Shown here: in pieces, positions 17,286 to 26,205 of the stretch | How positions within the stretch are numbered: position 1 is the first letter of the stretch | Layout of the letters: every line of letters begins with the position of its first letter | Assembly (NCBI GenBank): GCA_043819135.1 | Contig: JBDRFG010000090.1 | Location: forward strand, 1-30,230 | Length of the DNA: 30,230 nt | Direction: 5' to 3' | Source: Candidatus Eiseniibacteriota bacterium | GTDB taxonomy: Bacteria; Joyebacterota; Joyebacteria; Joyebacterales; Joyebacteraceae | Position numbers and translations under genes: made by a program | Notes under the pieces: generated by a model | Database searches by the model: none | Seen by the model: only the letters and a program-made list of their open reading frames with translations | Told to the model about the DNA's origin: nothing

Positions 17286-17876
17286 GTGTTTCACCATATC
17301 CCTGATGAGGTACTCGCCCGCATGCGAGAGCTGGAACGGATGGATGCGACCGAACGACGAGAGGGCACCACCGCCCTCGAACGCCTGAGACAGGTTCCCT
17401 CTTGTACCGGCCGTCTCCTGACACTCATCGCGGCGTCCGCGCCCGAGGGCGCGTTCATCGAGATAGGCACGAGCGGCGGCTACTCGGGGCTCTGGATATC
17501 TCTGGCCTGCCGCGCGCGCGGGCGCAGGCTCACGACCTTCGAGGCCGCCGAAGCGAAGGTCGCGGTCGCGACGGAGACGTTCCGGAAGGCGGGCGTCGAT
17601 GATATCGTCACGATCGTCTCCGGAGACGCCAGGGACCACCTCGGCGAGCAGAGCGGGGTATCGTTCTGTTTTCTCGACGCTGACAAGAAGTTATACGAGG
17701 AGTGCTACGAGGCCGTGCTTCCCAACATGGTGAGTGGTGGGCTTCTGGTAGCCGACAACGTCATCAGCCACGCGGGGGACCTGTCAGGGTTCATGGACCG
17801 CGCCGAGAGCGACGAGCGGATGGACACGATGGTCGTGCCGGTGGGAGAGGGAGTACTGCTGGCGCGGAGGGTCTGA
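17286..17876 (+). CDS. SAM-dependent O-methyltransferase (CCoAOMT/COMT-like)
   Basis: SD GGAGGA and GTG start. IEIGTSGGYS, FLDADK, GGLLVADNV. Confidence 0.9.
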   Translation: MFHHIPDEVLARMRELERMDATERREGTTALERLRQVPSCTGRLLTLIAASAPEGAFIEIGTSGGYSGLWISLACRARGRRLTTFEAAEAKVAVATETFRKAGVDDIVTIVSGDARDHLGEQSGVSFCFLDADKKLYEECYEAVLPNMVSGGLLVADNVISHAGDLSGFMDRAESDERMDTMVVPVGEGVLLARRV

Positions 17877-17890
17877 AACGGAGGAACGGA

Positions 17891-18463
17891 GTGAAGGTCA
17901 CAGCGTTCAACGGTAGCCCGAGAGCGGACGGCAACACGTTCCACATGATCCGCCACGTCTTCACCGCCCTGGAGAGCGAGGGCATTGAGACCGAACTCTT
18001 CCAGTTGGGTGGCAGGAGCATCCGGGGGTGCGCCGCCTGCTTCGGGTGCGCCAGGAACAAGGACGGGCGCTGCGCGGTGGACGACGTCGTGAACGAGTGC
18101 ATCGAGAAGATCGTGGGATCGGACGGCATCATCCTGGCGTCGCCCACGTACTTCGCCGACGTCACCTCCGAGATGAAGGCGCTCATCGACCGGGCGGGCA
18201 TGGTCGCGCGCGTGAACGGGCACATGTTCAAGCGGAAGGCCGGAGCGGCCGTCGTCGCGGTCAGGAGGGCGGGAAGCATCCACGTGTTCGATTCGATCAA
18301 CCACTTCTTCCTCATCGGGCAGATGATCGTGCCCGGGTCCATCTACTGGAACATGGGGCTGGGCCAGAAGAAGGGGGACGTCGAGGGGGACGTCGAGGGC
18401 ATCGACACGATGAAGGCGTTGGGCGAGAACATGGCTTGGCTTATCAAGAAGACTCACGGGTAG
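17891..18463 (+). CDS. Flavodoxin-family iron-sulfur flavoprotein (FMN reductase fold)
   Basis: SD GGAGGA and GTG 17891. NGSPRADGNT, CAACFGC-x7-C cluster motif, ASPTYF, MKALIDR. Confidence 0.9.
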   Translation: MKVTAFNGSPRADGNTFHMIRHVFTALESEGIETELFQLGGRSIRGCAACFGCARNKDGRCAVDDVVNECIEKIVGSDGIILASPTYFADVTSEMKALIDRAGMVARVNGHMFKRKAGAAVVAVRRAGSIHVFDSINHFFLIGQMIVPGSIYWNMGLGQKKGDVEGDVEGIDTMKALGENMAWLIKKTHG

Positions 18464-18481
18464 GGAGACGCGGGTAGCCAC

Positions 18482-18907
18482 ATGATACGGATTACGCGCT
18501 TCATCGTAATAGACGAGGACGAGCTGAGCGAGGTGTTCGTACGCGCGTCCGGGCCGGGCGGTCAGAACGTCAACAAGGTCTCGACGGCCGTGCAACTCAG
18601 GTTCGACGTCGCGAGCTCCCCGTCGCTGCCCGATGACGTTCGCGAGCGCCTCATCCGTCTCGCCGGCAGCCGCATGACGGACGGCGGCGAGCTTGTCATC
18701 GACGCCAGGCAGTTCCGGACGCAGCTCAAGAACAGGCAGGACGCGCGCCAGCGGCTGATAGAACTCATTCGCGCGGCGGCGGTCAGGCCGAAGCCGCGCA
18801 GGCGCACGAAGCCGACGCGCGCCTCGAAGGAGAGGCGTCTCGAGGGCAAGCGCTACAGGGGACAGACGAAGAAGCGGAGGAATCGTGTTCGATCTTCCGA
18901 CGAGTAG
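18482..18907 (+). CDS. arfB: Alternative ribosome rescue peptidyl-tRNA hydrolase ArfB (YaeJ)
   Basis: RASGPGGQNVNKVSTAV (GGQ), RTQLKNRQDA, basic tail RRRTKPTRASKERRLEGKR. Confidence 0.96.
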   Translation: MIRITRFIVIDEDELSEVFVRASGPGGQNVNKVSTAVQLRFDVASSPSLPDDVRERLIRLAGSRMTDGGELVIDARQFRTQLKNRQDARQRLIELIRAAAVRPKPRRRTKPTRASKERRLEGKRYRGQTKKRRNRVRSSDE

Positions 18908-19181
18908 CGCCGGCGCGATGGAGTTCCCGATCGAGGGCACGCTGGACCTGCACACGTTCAGGCCCGACGACGTCAAGGACCTCGTACCCGAGTACATTCG
19001 TGAGTGCCGCAGTCGCGGCATTCTCGAGGTGAAGATAGTCCACGGCAAGGGCACGGGGACGCTCATGCGCATCGTGCACTCGATACTCGACCGGCTGCCC
19101 GAGGTGGACTCCTACGCCGGAGCGGGCAGTGCCTGAGGAAGCTCTGGCGCGACGGTCGTCGCGCTGAAGCCGCTGGAGTAG
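18885..19181 (+). CDS. Small Smr-domain protein with in-frame TGA at 19134-19136 (recoded or pseudogene)
   Basis: LDLHTF and IVHGKGTGTL motifs. The terminal Smr motif G..GAT.V.L (GSSGATVVALKPLE) lies in frame after the TGA and ends at TAG 19179-19181. Start is GTG 18885 (SD GGAGG) or ATG 18918. Confidence 0.8.
19141..19170 (+). promoter_or_regulatory. SECIS-like / readthrough hairpin just 3' of the in-frame UGA
   Basis: ggcgcgac-GGTC-gtcgcgct upper stem plus gct/agc lower stem. 17 nt separate the UGA from the loop. Confidence 0.35.
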
Positions 19182-19245
19182 ACAAAGGTCCGCGCTCCCT
19201 CCGGGCGCGCGGACGAACGGCCCGCACCTCTCCCAGGTGGAACAC

Positions 19246-20268
19246 ATGATCGGAACTCCGGACACGAAGGTCCTCGTTCTCTTCTGCGGCGGCACGCTCG
19301 TCATGGAGGAGGACGAGCGCGGTAGCCTCCTGACGCCGGCTCTGGACAGGGCGATCGAGAACCTCCTCAGCATGGAGACTCGCCTCGGTGAGCTCGCGAA
19401 CATCGAGGTCGCCTACATCGACAACATCGACAGCAGCAACATCCGGCCCGAGCACTGGGACCACGTTGCGGACGTGATCGGGGAGAACTATGCCGAGCAC
19501 GACGGGTTCGTCGTCACGCACGGCACCGACACGATGGCGTACACGGCGAGCGCACTGTCGTTCGTGCTGGGAGGCCTGGGCAAGCCGGTCGTGTTCACCG
19601 GGTCGCAGATACCGGGCACACGGATCGAGTCCGACGCCCGCAGGAACTTCGTCAACGCCGTCCGCGTAGCGACGATGGACCTTTCGGGTGTCCTCATAGT
19701 GTTCGACAGGAAGATAGTCCTCGGTGCGCGCGCCACGAAGTTCTCCGAGTCGAGGCTCGACGCGTTCACGACGGTCAACGGCGGGATGGTAGGGGACATC
19801 CGGGTCGACGTCCGGCTGGGCGAGCACACCTCCCGGGGAGACGGGCCGCTGGACGTCCAGACGGGCTTCGAAGAGAACGTCGCGATCGTAACGCTCGTTC
19901 CCGGAATGCCGCCGGCCGTTCTGCTGAACATCGTGGAGAGCGGCATCAGAGGACTCATTCTACGAGGGTTCGGGACGGGCAACGTCGCATACGACTACCA
20001 CGACGCGATAGAAGGGGCGGCGAAACTCAACATACCGGTTGTGGTGACCACGCAGTGTCTGCAGGGCGCGACGATGATGCATCTGTACGACCTGGGTGCG
20101 AAGCTGCTCGATCTCGGCGCCATCCAGGCGTACGACATGAGCATCGAGAGCACCGTGACGAAGCTCATGTGGGCCCTGAAGCGCGCCGACTCCGTGGACG
20201 CAGTGCGCGCTATCATGCACACGAACTTCTGCGGTGAGATATGCGTTCCCGGATCGGCCGGGGCGTAG
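19246..20268 (+). CDS. ansA: L-asparaginase, type I (cytoplasmic)
   Basis: GGTL and HGTDTMAY catalytic Thr motifs, KPVVFTGSQ, GFGTGN, DMSIESTVTKLMW. No signal peptide. Alternative start GTG 19237. Confidence 0.88.
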   Translation: MIGTPDTKVLVLFCGGTLVMEEDERGSLLTPALDRAIENLLSMETRLGELANIEVAYIDNIDSSNIRPEHWDHVADVIGENYAEHDGFVVTHGTDTMAYTASALSFVLGGLGKPVVFTGSQIPGTRIESDARRNFVNAVRVATMDLSGVLIVFDRKIVLGARATKFSESRLDAFTTVNGGMVGDIRVDVRLGEHTSRGDGPLDVQTGFEENVAIVTLVPGMPPAVLLNIVESGIRGLILRGFGTGNVAYDYHDAIEGAAKLNIPVVVTTQCLQGATMMHLYDLGAKLLDLGAIQAYDMSIESTVTKLMWALKRADSVDAVRAIMHTNFCGEICVPGSAGA

Positions 20269-20292
20269 ACCGACAAGGGCGGAGAAGCCGAA

Positions 20293-21018
20293 ATGAAGAA
20301 GCACCAGGACGCGTTCGGCCGCGAGATCTACGACTACTTCAACCACGGCACAGGGCGTGAGATAGTCGAGCGCGACGACGGACTCATCGACATCTCGAGC
20401 GGACCGGCCGCGTACTTCACGGAGTACAAAGACTGGGGGCCGCACCTCAGGAAGGCCATCGGTTACGCGCGCGGCAGGGTGCTCGACGTCGGGTGCGGCG
20501 CGGGCAGGCATTCCCTGTATCTTCAGAAGAAGGGCCACGACGTTCTGGGGATCGACGTGTCGCCGCTGGCGGTCAAAGTCACGAGGCTCAGGGGCGTCAG
20601 AGAGGCCCGGGTAATGCCAGTCACGAAGGTGACCTCCAGGCTCGGGACGTTCGATACCGTCCTGATGTTCGGCAACAACTTCGGCCTGTTCGAGAGCCGG
20701 AAGCGCGCAACGTGGCTGCTCGGCAGGTTCAGAACGGTCACAAGCGGGGACGCGCGTATCATCGTCGAGAGCTGTGACCCCTACCGCACGACCGACCGCT
20801 TCCACCTCGACTACCACAAACTCAACCGAAGGCGCGGCAGGATGCCCGGGCAGACCCGCCTGCGCGTGCGGTACAGAACCTACGCAACGCCCTGGTTCGA
20901 CTACCTGCTCGCGTCGCCGGACGAGATGAAGGAACTCGTCGATGGAACCGGCTGGAAGGTCACCAGGGTGTTTAGGTCCAGGGGGCCCGCCTACTCGGCC
21001 GTCATCGAGCGGGTTTGA
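20293..21018 (+). CDS. Class I SAM-dependent methyltransferase
   Basis: VLDVGCGAGRH, GIDVS, FDTVLMFGNNFG. Confidence 0.88.
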   Translation: MKKHQDAFGREIYDYFNHGTGREIVERDDGLIDISSGPAAYFTEYKDWGPHLRKAIGYARGRVLDVGCGAGRHSLYLQKKGHDVLGIDVSPLAVKVTRLRGVREARVMPVTKVTSRLGTFDTVLMFGNNFGLFESRKRATWLLGRFRTVTSGDARIIVESCDPYRTTDRFHLDYHKLNRRRGRMPGQTRLRVRYRTYATPWFDYLLASPDEMKELVDGTGWKVTRVFRSRGPAYSAVIERV

Positions 21019-21090
21019 GACGGAGGGGCCGAGCGGCCCGCAGGCGGAGCGACGCAGCGGTGTGGTCAGGCGACTTCCACGGAGGAGAAC

Positions 21091-22158
21091 ATGCGTAGAG
21101 ACCTTGCCGGCCGAGTACTTGCGGCTGGGCAGACGGCCCGCAACTTCCAGCGGCTTGTCGCGGCGGAACTCAGCTGGCACGTTCGAATTCCGCTGGGCAA
21201 GCGGCTTTTCGGGTGGAGGCACGGCTTCACGAGCCGGTACACGGTCCGCTTCGACCTTACGCCCGAGAACGTCGACGACTTTGTCAGCGACTACGCCCGC
21301 TACATCAGAACGCCGAGGATCAACGGGCCGTTCGCGCCCGCGCTCCTCAACAAGCTGGTCTTCTCGCGTATCGTTGCCAGCCACGGCGGGTCGGTGCCCG
21401 AGTACTACTGCCACGCGGGTAAGCGCGGTCTCATCGCGATCGGAGACCGCCACGACATGCGCGACGCGGACGGCGTGGCGGCGGCCTGCATGACGGGCGA
21501 GCGGTTCATCGTCAAGCCTTGCGGCGGGGGCGGAGGCGTGGGCGTCGCCGTCATCTCTTCGCGCGACGGGAGGCTGACCATCAACGACAGCGCCGTCGAC
21601 GACGCCGAGTTCCGGACATTCATAGGTAGCCTGGATAATGCCCTCGTCTGCGAGTTCATCGTGCAGGACGAGTATGCCTCCGGGATATTTCCGCATTCGA
21701 CCAACTCCATTCGTGTGATCTCCATGTGGGACTACGAGAAGAACACGCCGTTTCTCGCTTTCGCCGGACACAGGTTCGGGCGAACGTCGTCGATCCCCGT
21801 AGACAACATGTCGCAGGGCGGCATGGCCGCGCAGGTCAGGATCGATTCGGGAGAGTTGAGGTCGGCCATCTACTCGAGGGGTTCGGTGGAACTGGTGTGG
21901 TACGACGAGCACCCCGACACGGGGGCGACGATCAAGGGTGTCCGCGTTCCACACTGGGAAGACGTGAAGGCGGGGCTCCTGGAATTGGCCGGGCGGATGT
22001 CGTACATCCCGTACATTGGATGGGACATCGTCGTGACCAGGGACGGATTCTGCGTGATAGAGGGGAACAACTATCCCCACCTCGGTCACCAGCTCTTCGA
22101 GCCGCTGCTCAAGGACCCACGCGTTCGGGCGTTCTACGAGAGACACGAGGTAATCTGA
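21091..22158 (+). CDS. ATP-grasp protein (sugar-transfer-associated ATP-grasp-like family)
   Basis: NKLVF, FIVKPCGGGGGVGV, EFIVQ, STNSIRV, VDNMSQGG, HPDTG, IGWDIVVT, IEGN. Confidence 0.82.
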   Translation: MRRDLAGRVLAAGQTARNFQRLVAAELSWHVRIPLGKRLFGWRHGFTSRYTVRFDLTPENVDDFVSDYARYIRTPRINGPFAPALLNKLVFSRIVASHGGSVPEYYCHAGKRGLIAIGDRHDMRDADGVAAACMTGERFIVKPCGGGGGVGVAVISSRDGRLTINDSAVDDAEFRTFIGSLDNALVCEFIVQDEYASGIFPHSTNSIRVISMWDYEKNTPFLAFAGHRFGRTSSIPVDNMSQGGMAAQVRIDSGELRSAIYSRGSVELVWYDEHPDTGATIKGVRVPHWEDVKAGLLELAGRMSYIPYIGWDIVVTRDGFCVIEGNNYPHLGHQLFEPLLKDPRVRAFYERHEVI

Positions 22159-22191
22159 CGACGGGCGGGTCTGCACCCGAGGGAGATACGA

Positions 22192-24660
22192 ATGACCGGA
22201 CTCGCACACCGACGCTGCGGACTTGCCGCGCTTGCCGTTCTGGTTCTGCTCACGCCCGCCGCCCCTCCGGCCCGCGGGTCGACCGACCCCGTCTATCGCG
22301 TACCTGACCAGGCCCTCGTCGACATCATCGACACGCCGAAGACGCCCCAGCTCAGCATCAGCCCGACGCGGGAGTGGGGCGTCCTGATATCGCGGCCCGG
22401 CTACCCGTCGATAGCCGAGCTGTCCGAGCCCGAACTCAAACTGGCCGGCCGCCGCATCAAACCCGGCAGCTACTCGCCAAGCCGCGTGTGGCCCGACAAC
22501 AAGCTCGAGTTCGTTCGCATCGAGGACCTCGAGCTGCGGCCGGTAGCGGGCCTTCCGGAGAGCCCGAGGATATCGAACGCCCGCTGGTCGCCGGACGGGG
22601 ATCGCCTCGCGTTCACGAACACGACGCCGGACGGCGTGGAGCTGTGGGTGGCGGAGGTGGAGACGGGAGATGCGCGGCGGTTGACGGACCCAGTAGTCAG
22701 CCTGACAGCGGGTGCGTCGCCGTCGTGGCTTCGCGACAGCCAGCGCCTCGTCTGCTGTCTGGTCGAGACGGGGGAGGACCACGGGGCTGCGCCCGAGGCT
22801 CCTCGCGTTCCCGAGGGCCCCATAGTCCAGGAGAGCATCGGCGCCGAGGCACCGGGCAGGACCTATCAGGACCTCCTGAAGAACCCGCACGACGAGAAGC
22901 TGTTCGACAGGTACTTCACGTCGCAGCCGGCGATCGTCGGGACGGACGGGCACGTCCTGCCCATCGGAGACCCGGGCATCATCTGGGGCATCAACCCGTC
23001 GCCCGATGGTCAGTACCTGCTCGTTCAGTCGCTACACAGACCCTACTCCTACGCTGCGCCCGCCCACCGTTTTCCGTTGCTGATCGAGGTCTGGGATCTC
23101 GAGGGGAACGTCGTGCACACGGTGTTCGACCACCCGCTGCGCGAGGAGATCCCCATCAAACGCGGCAGCACCTACACGGGACCGAGGAGCGTCAGCTGGC
23201 GCGCGGACGAACCGGCGACGCTCTGCTGGGCCGAGGCGCTGGACGGTGGAGACGCGGGCGTCGAGGCCGAGTATCGAGACCGGCTCTACACGCTCGCCGC
23301 GCCGTTCGACGCGGAACCGGTCCCGCTCATAACGCTCGAGCTCCGATACTCCGAGACCATGTGGGGCCACGACGGGCTGGCCATCGTCGAGGAGTGCTGG
23401 TGGGCCGATCGCACGATCCGCTGGTGGAAGGTGGCGCCCGGATCCCCCGACACCGAGCCCGAGCTTCTGAAGGACTATCTGCTGCAGGACGGATACAGCG
23501 ATCCCGGTGTCCCGACGATGACGCCGAACGAGTACGGCCGCTACGTGCTCCTGACGGCGGACGATGCCCACACCGTCTTTCTGGTCGGCGACGGCGCCTC
23601 GCCCGAGGGCGATCGCCCCTTCCTCGACGCGTTCGATACCTATCACAAAGAGACCGCGCGCCTCTTTCGCTCGGAGGCGCCTTACCACGAGCGCCCCGTG
23701 CTGGTGTTGAACAAGGAGGCTCGCTACGTCATAACGCAGCGCGAGTCGGTCGATGAAGTTCCCAACTACTTCATGCGCGACCTCGCGGACGGGACGCTCC
23801 GGCAGTTGACCTTCTTCCCGCATCCGACGCCGCAGCTGGCCGGCATACAGAAGGAACTCATCCGCTACAAGCGCGAGGACGGCCTGGACCTGACGGCGAC
23901 GCTCTTCACGCCGGCGGGCCACGACCCCGGGAGGGACGGCCCGCTTCCCATGCTCATGTGGGCGTACCCGAGAGAGTTCAAGAGCGCCGACTCCGCGGGG
24001 CAGGTCGACGACTCCCCGTACCGGTTCGACTGGATAGGGTGGTGGTCGCCCGCGCTGTGGCTCACACAGGGCTACGCCGTGCTGGACGGTCCGACGATGC
24101 CCATCATAGGGGAGGGCGACGCTGAGCCGAACGACTCCTACGTCGAGCAACTGGTCGCGAGCGCGCAGGCGGCCGTCGACGAGGTCGTCAGGAGAGGTGT
24201 CGCCGACAGGCACCGCATCGCGATAGGCGGCCACTCTTACGGCGCGTTCATGGCGGCGAACCTACTGGCGCACTCTGACCTCTTCGCCGCCGGTCTGGCG
24301 CGGACCGGCGCCTACAACCGGACGCTGACCCCGTTCGGGTTCCAGGCGGAGGACCGTTCGTTGTGGGAAGCGCCCGAGGTCTACTTTGAGATGTCGCCCT
24401 TCATGCACGCGGACAAGATCAAGGAGCCCATCCTTCTCGTCCACGGCCAGGAGGACAGCAACCCGGGAACGTTCCCGATGCAGAGCGAACGCTTCTACAG
24501 CGCGCTCAAGGGGCACGGCGCCACGGTCAGGCTCGTCATGTTCCCGCACGAGAGCCACAGCTACCGAGCGCGCGAGTCTCTGCTGCACCTCCTGTGGGAG
24601 ACCCAGGAGTGGCTGGACACATACGTGAAGAACGCTCCGGCGCAACCAGGGAGGGAGTAG
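22192..24660 (+). CDS. Secreted S9 family peptidase (glutamyl endopeptidase-like prolyl oligopeptidase family)
   Basis: Signal peptide; WAYPREF, GGHSYGAFM (Ser), GAYNRTLTPFGFQ, HGQEDSNPGT (Asp), PHESHSY (His). Confidence 0.95.
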   Translation: MTGLAHRRCGLAALAVLVLLTPAAPPARGSTDPVYRVPDQALVDIIDTPKTPQLSISPTREWGVLISRPGYPSIAELSEPELKLAGRRIKPGSYSPSRVWPDNKLEFVRIEDLELRPVAGLPESPRISNARWSPDGDRLAFTNTTPDGVELWVAEVETGDARRLTDPVVSLTAGASPSWLRDSQRLVCCLVETGEDHGAAPEAPRVPEGPIVQESIGAEAPGRTYQDLLKNPHDEKLFDRYFTSQPAIVGTDGHVLPIGDPGIIWGINPSPDGQYLLVQSLHRPYSYAAPAHRFPLLIEVWDLEGNVVHTVFDHPLREEIPIKRGSTYTGPRSVSWRADEPATLCWAEALDGGDAGVEAEYRDRLYTLAAPFDAEPVPLITLELRYSETMWGHDGLAIVEECWWADRTIRWWKVAPGSPDTEPELLKDYLLQDGYSDPGVPTMTPNEYGRYVLLTADDAHTVFLVGDGASPEGDRPFLDAFDTYHKETARLFRSEAPYHERPVLVLNKEARYVITQRESVDEVPNYFMRDLADGTLRQLTFFPHPTPQLAGIQKELIRYKREDGLDLTATLFTPAGHDPGRDGPLPMLMWAYPREFKSADSAGQVDDSPYRFDWIGWWSPALWLTQGYAVLDGPTMPIIGEGDAEPNDSYVEQLVASAQAAVDEVVRRGVADRHRIAIGGHSYGAFMAANLLAHSDLFAAGLARTGAYNRTLTPFGFQAEDRSLWEAPEVYFEMSPFMHADKIKEPILLVHGQEDSNPGTFPMQSERFYSALKGHGATVRLVMFPHESHSYRARESLLHLLWETQEWLDTYVKNAPAQPGRE

Positions 24661-24788
24661 TGACAGACGCAGCTCTGCAGGCAAGCGTTCTCGATAGCGA
24701 GGAGAAGCGTATCTACATGCGCGCCGTTCGGGACGAATCGGGAGAACTCGTCGGTTACTACGAGCGATACGAGCGTAACGCCGCGTAG
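24660..24788 (+). CDS. 42-aa small protein, apparent N+C remnant of a small PAS-like protein
   Basis: SD GGAGGGAG; GTG overlaps the S9 stop. MTDAALQASVLDS followed by EEKRIYMRAVRDESGELVGYYERYE; the last part resembles the terminal beta-hairpin of PAS/PAC domains (VRD..G...G). Confidence 0.5.
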   Translation: MTDAALQASVLDSEEKRIYMRAVRDESGELVGYYERYERNAA

Positions 24789-24846
24789 GGGAGATTCCCC
24801 GCGCGGCCCTGTCCGGTCCGTCCGGACAGACGGAAGGAGGACGAAC

Positions 24847-26148
24847 ATGGGGACGACCACGTCGCGCGGAGCGGTCATGCTGATCGCGCTTGTCACGCTG
24901 GCGTTGCCCACTACGGCAAGCTGTGGTTGCTGTAAGCCGGCGCCCGCGGGGAAGACCGGGGGCACGAAGAATGAGGTCGTGGTCGAGGTGACTGACGAGG
25001 ACGTCGAGGCGCTGGTCGACGGCGGCAACAACTTCGCGTTCGACCTCTATGCCAGGCTGGCAGGAGACGGCAATCTCTTCTTCTCGCCCTACAGCATCTC
25101 AACGGCGCTCGCCATGACGGCGGCGGGTGCGCGCGGCAACACCGAGCACGAGATGGCGACCACCCTGTGCTTCCCGAACGCCAAGGACAAGCCATCGCCC
25201 GCCGGCCGCGAACGCATCGCTGCCTCGTTCGCGTCCCTACAGGACGGCCTGACCGCTTCACCCGAGACGCGCGGCTACGAACTCAACATCGCCAACAGCC
25301 TCTGGGGACAGGAGAGTTACCCGTTCAGGGAATCCTACATCAAGCTCGTGGCGACCTATTTCGGGGGCGGATTCAACCCCGCGGACTTCCAGCAGAACGC
25401 GGAGGCCGAGCGAGTCAGAATCAACAAGTGGGTGGAGGGGGAGACGCGCGAGAAGATCAAGGATCTCATCCCCCCGGGCGGCGTGGACCCCGCTACCACG
25501 CTCGTGCTGACGAACGCCGTCTACTTCAAGGGCCAGTGGCTGTCCAGGTTCGATGAAGAGAGAACCAGCGATGCCACCTTCCACGGGACTCGCGGGGATG
25601 CGACCGTCCCGATGATGTACCAGAAGGGAAACTTCCAGTACTTAGAGAACGAGGACGTTCAGGTGCTCGAGATGCCCTACCGCGGGGAGGAGATCTCGAT
25701 GCTGGTCGTCCTGCCCAGGCCCGAGAGCCTCGTCAACCTCAGGGTCATCGAGAGTCGCCTGACGGCGCAGGTGCTATCCGGCTGGTTGGGACAGATCAGG
25801 GAGAAGGAGCTCAAGGTCTACTTCCCGAGGTTCGAGATGACCTGGGGCACCGAGGACATCTCCGGCTACCTGGCCGCCCTCGGGATACACGATGCGTTCA
25901 GTTCCAGTGCGGACTTCTCCGGCATGTCCGACCTCAAGGACCTCTTCATCGCCTCGGTCTTTCACAAGGCCTTCGTCGCCGTCAACGAGGAGGGCACGGA
26001 GGCCGCGGCGGCGACGGCCGTCGTGATGCGTCTGACGATCGAGCAGCACGAGACGGTGTTCAGGGCCGACCACCCGTTCCTGTTCGTCATACGCGACGAC
26101 GCCACGGGCAGCATCCTGTTCATGGGACGCGTCGCGGACCTCGGGTAG
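24847..26148 (+). CDS. Serpin (serine protease inhibitor), exported, possible lipoprotein
   Basis: SD AAGGAGG; FFSPYSISTALAM, NAVYFKGQW, hinge EEGTEAAAAT, FRADHPFLF, ILFMGRV. Cys-rich end of the signal region (ASCGCC). Confidence 0.96.
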   Translation: MGTTTSRGAVMLIALVTLALPTTASCGCCKPAPAGKTGGTKNEVVVEVTDEDVEALVDGGNNFAFDLYARLAGDGNLFFSPYSISTALAMTAAGARGNTEHEMATTLCFPNAKDKPSPAGRERIAASFASLQDGLTASPETRGYELNIANSLWGQESYPFRESYIKLVATYFGGGFNPADFQQNAEAERVRINKWVEGETREKIKDLIPPGGVDPATTLVLTNAVYFKGQWLSRFDEERTSDATFHGTRGDATVPMMYQKGNFQYLENEDVQVLEMPYRGEEISMLVVLPRPESLVNLRVIESRLTAQVLSGWLGQIREKELKVYFPRFEMTWGTEDISGYLAALGIHDAFSSSADFSGMSDLKDLFIASVFHKAFVAVNEEGTEAAAATAVVMRLTIEQHETVFRADHPFLFVIRDDATGSILFMGRVADLG

Positions 26149-26205
26149 CCGGCCGCCGCGCGTTCGCGACCGAACGATTCACAAGCAGCGGGGGAGCACG
26201 ACCGG

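Noticed and set aside
19134..19136. Genome-wide UGA reassignment as the explanation for the Smr stop
   Set aside because: TGA ends many genes at their expected C-termini here (e.g. 4280, 10161, 17876), so the standard code applies.
19960..22953. 997-aa ORF on the - strand, and other long antisense ORFs (11761-13425, 17705-19072, 23032-24234, and 27208-28941 on +)
   Set aside because: They lie opposite well-supported genes, have no motifs, and are the expected shadow ORFs of GC-rich coding sequence.
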